A DNA stretch of 64,000 nucleotides, taken from the NCBI GenBank assembly GCA_965261595.1, contig CBDHDG010000006.1:1280001-1344000 (forward strand). The letters are read 5' to 3'. Positions 63,221 through 64,000 of this stretch are shown here, in pieces (the first letter of the stretch is position 1; each line of letters starts with the position of its first letter). Source of the stretch: a bacterium (GTDB taxonomy: Bacteria; UBA8248; JACPRG01; G963555815). The notes below the pieces were generated by a model that saw nothing but the letters and a program-made list of their open reading frames with translations, searched no databases and was not told the origin of the DNA. The position numbers and the translations under genes were made by a program.

Positions 63221-64000
63221 TTACTGAAGGAAAAACCTAACCGGGACGAGGAATTCGATCCGGCTTTCGCGCATCTCAAGGGGTATCTTCGGTAGCGGCT
63301 GCGCCCGCTAGATCATCTTCCTTGCCTCCTCATCCAAACGCGAGTGACCCGAACTCTTTTCAATGCCGAAGGCGCTCACCTCGCCTCTGCGCGTCACCAC
63401 GAAGCGTAGAAGGACGACACCTTGCTCGCCGCGAAGCCTCGCGCGGCGCGGGTAGCGCTTGTGTTTCTCCAGCCATGCCTGGAGCCGTGTGTAGTACCCG
63501 GCCGCTGCTTCCGGCGCGCCGCCGTGGGGGGCGTATTCGCCGCTGCCAGCGTCGATTCGCGCAAGGGCTCCGATCCTGCCCCCGGCGCTTAGCATCGTCG
63601 GTGCCAGTGTGGCGACCTGTTCCACAATTGGGCGATCGTTTTTCGCCGCAGTCGGCCCAGGCTGTTGGTGCGCCGTATCGGTGAGCATTGGCGCCGATGC
63701 CGGCTTGGTCTGGGCCCGGGTGGACTCTGGCCGCGTGGGCAGTTCGGGCTGCGGCCTCGGTGTCGGCGGAACAACGATCTGGCGCGCCGTAACCTCTTCG
63801 CGCGGCTTTGCATAGACGAATTCCGTGCGCGGCGGCGGGGTGACCGTCTGGGTGAACGTTACCTTGCGGATCACCTGTTGTTCCTTCGTATTCGCGTCCG
63901 CAGCTTCGCAATTCTGCGACCGTCATCAAGAGTTGTACTTGCCGAGCGATCGTCACCGCCGACACGGTCTCGATCAACTCGGCAGGCACAGTTCGGTCCG
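63221..64000 (-). pseudogene. tonB: TonB-family energy transducer with in-frame TAG at 63308 (5' end outside the window)
   Basis: Pro-rich linker; YPRRARLRGEQGVVLLRFVV..SSGHSRLDEEA; frame continues past the stop as RAQPLPKIP..VPVRFFLQ*. Confidence 0.75.

Noticed and set aside
1..64000. CRISPR array, tRNA, rRNA, retron or reverse transcriptase
   Set aside because: No repeat-spacer periodicity, cloverleaf or RT motifs seen by eye; a covariance search could still find small RNAs

Overview
High-GC bacterial accessory region with no housekeeping genes, rRNA, tRNA or CRISPR array that I can see. Three parts: (1) ~0.4-28 kb is an eroding defence island. It holds an intact, translationally coupled pair (Swt1-type HEPN + SNF2 helicase; sacsin-like GHKL ATPase + HNH-like nuclease), an IS-truncated RecD-like helicase, two intact toxin-antitoxin pairs plus a partial VapC toxin, several P4-like tyrosine integrases and relics, a solitary attC-like site, a shattered Avs2-like (AVAST) gene, a PD-(D/E)XK protein whose tail resembles DUF1156 methylases, and a Zn-ribbon/HEPN-like protein. 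(2) ~28-59.6 kb is a decayed conjugative/integrative element backbone: MobF relaxase relics, SNase, SRAP, MoxR AAA, PAPS-reductase family, ParB, GHKL ATPase, DUF2958, strawberry-notch methylase-helicase, SSB, Toprim, DUF4326, DUF2493 and an RHH protein. It is invaded by IS1380, by a RIT element with 91-bp inverted ends that itself carries a transposase-less IS1595-like cassette, and by an IS110 with a readable bridge-RNA signature. (3) ~60-64 kb is pseudogenes and IS debris. Four near-identical copies of one IS3-family element caused much of the damage. The best candidate for an undescribed system is the HEPN-SNF2 / sacsin-HNH pair at 397-7118. All family assignments come from motif recognition by eye, not database searches.
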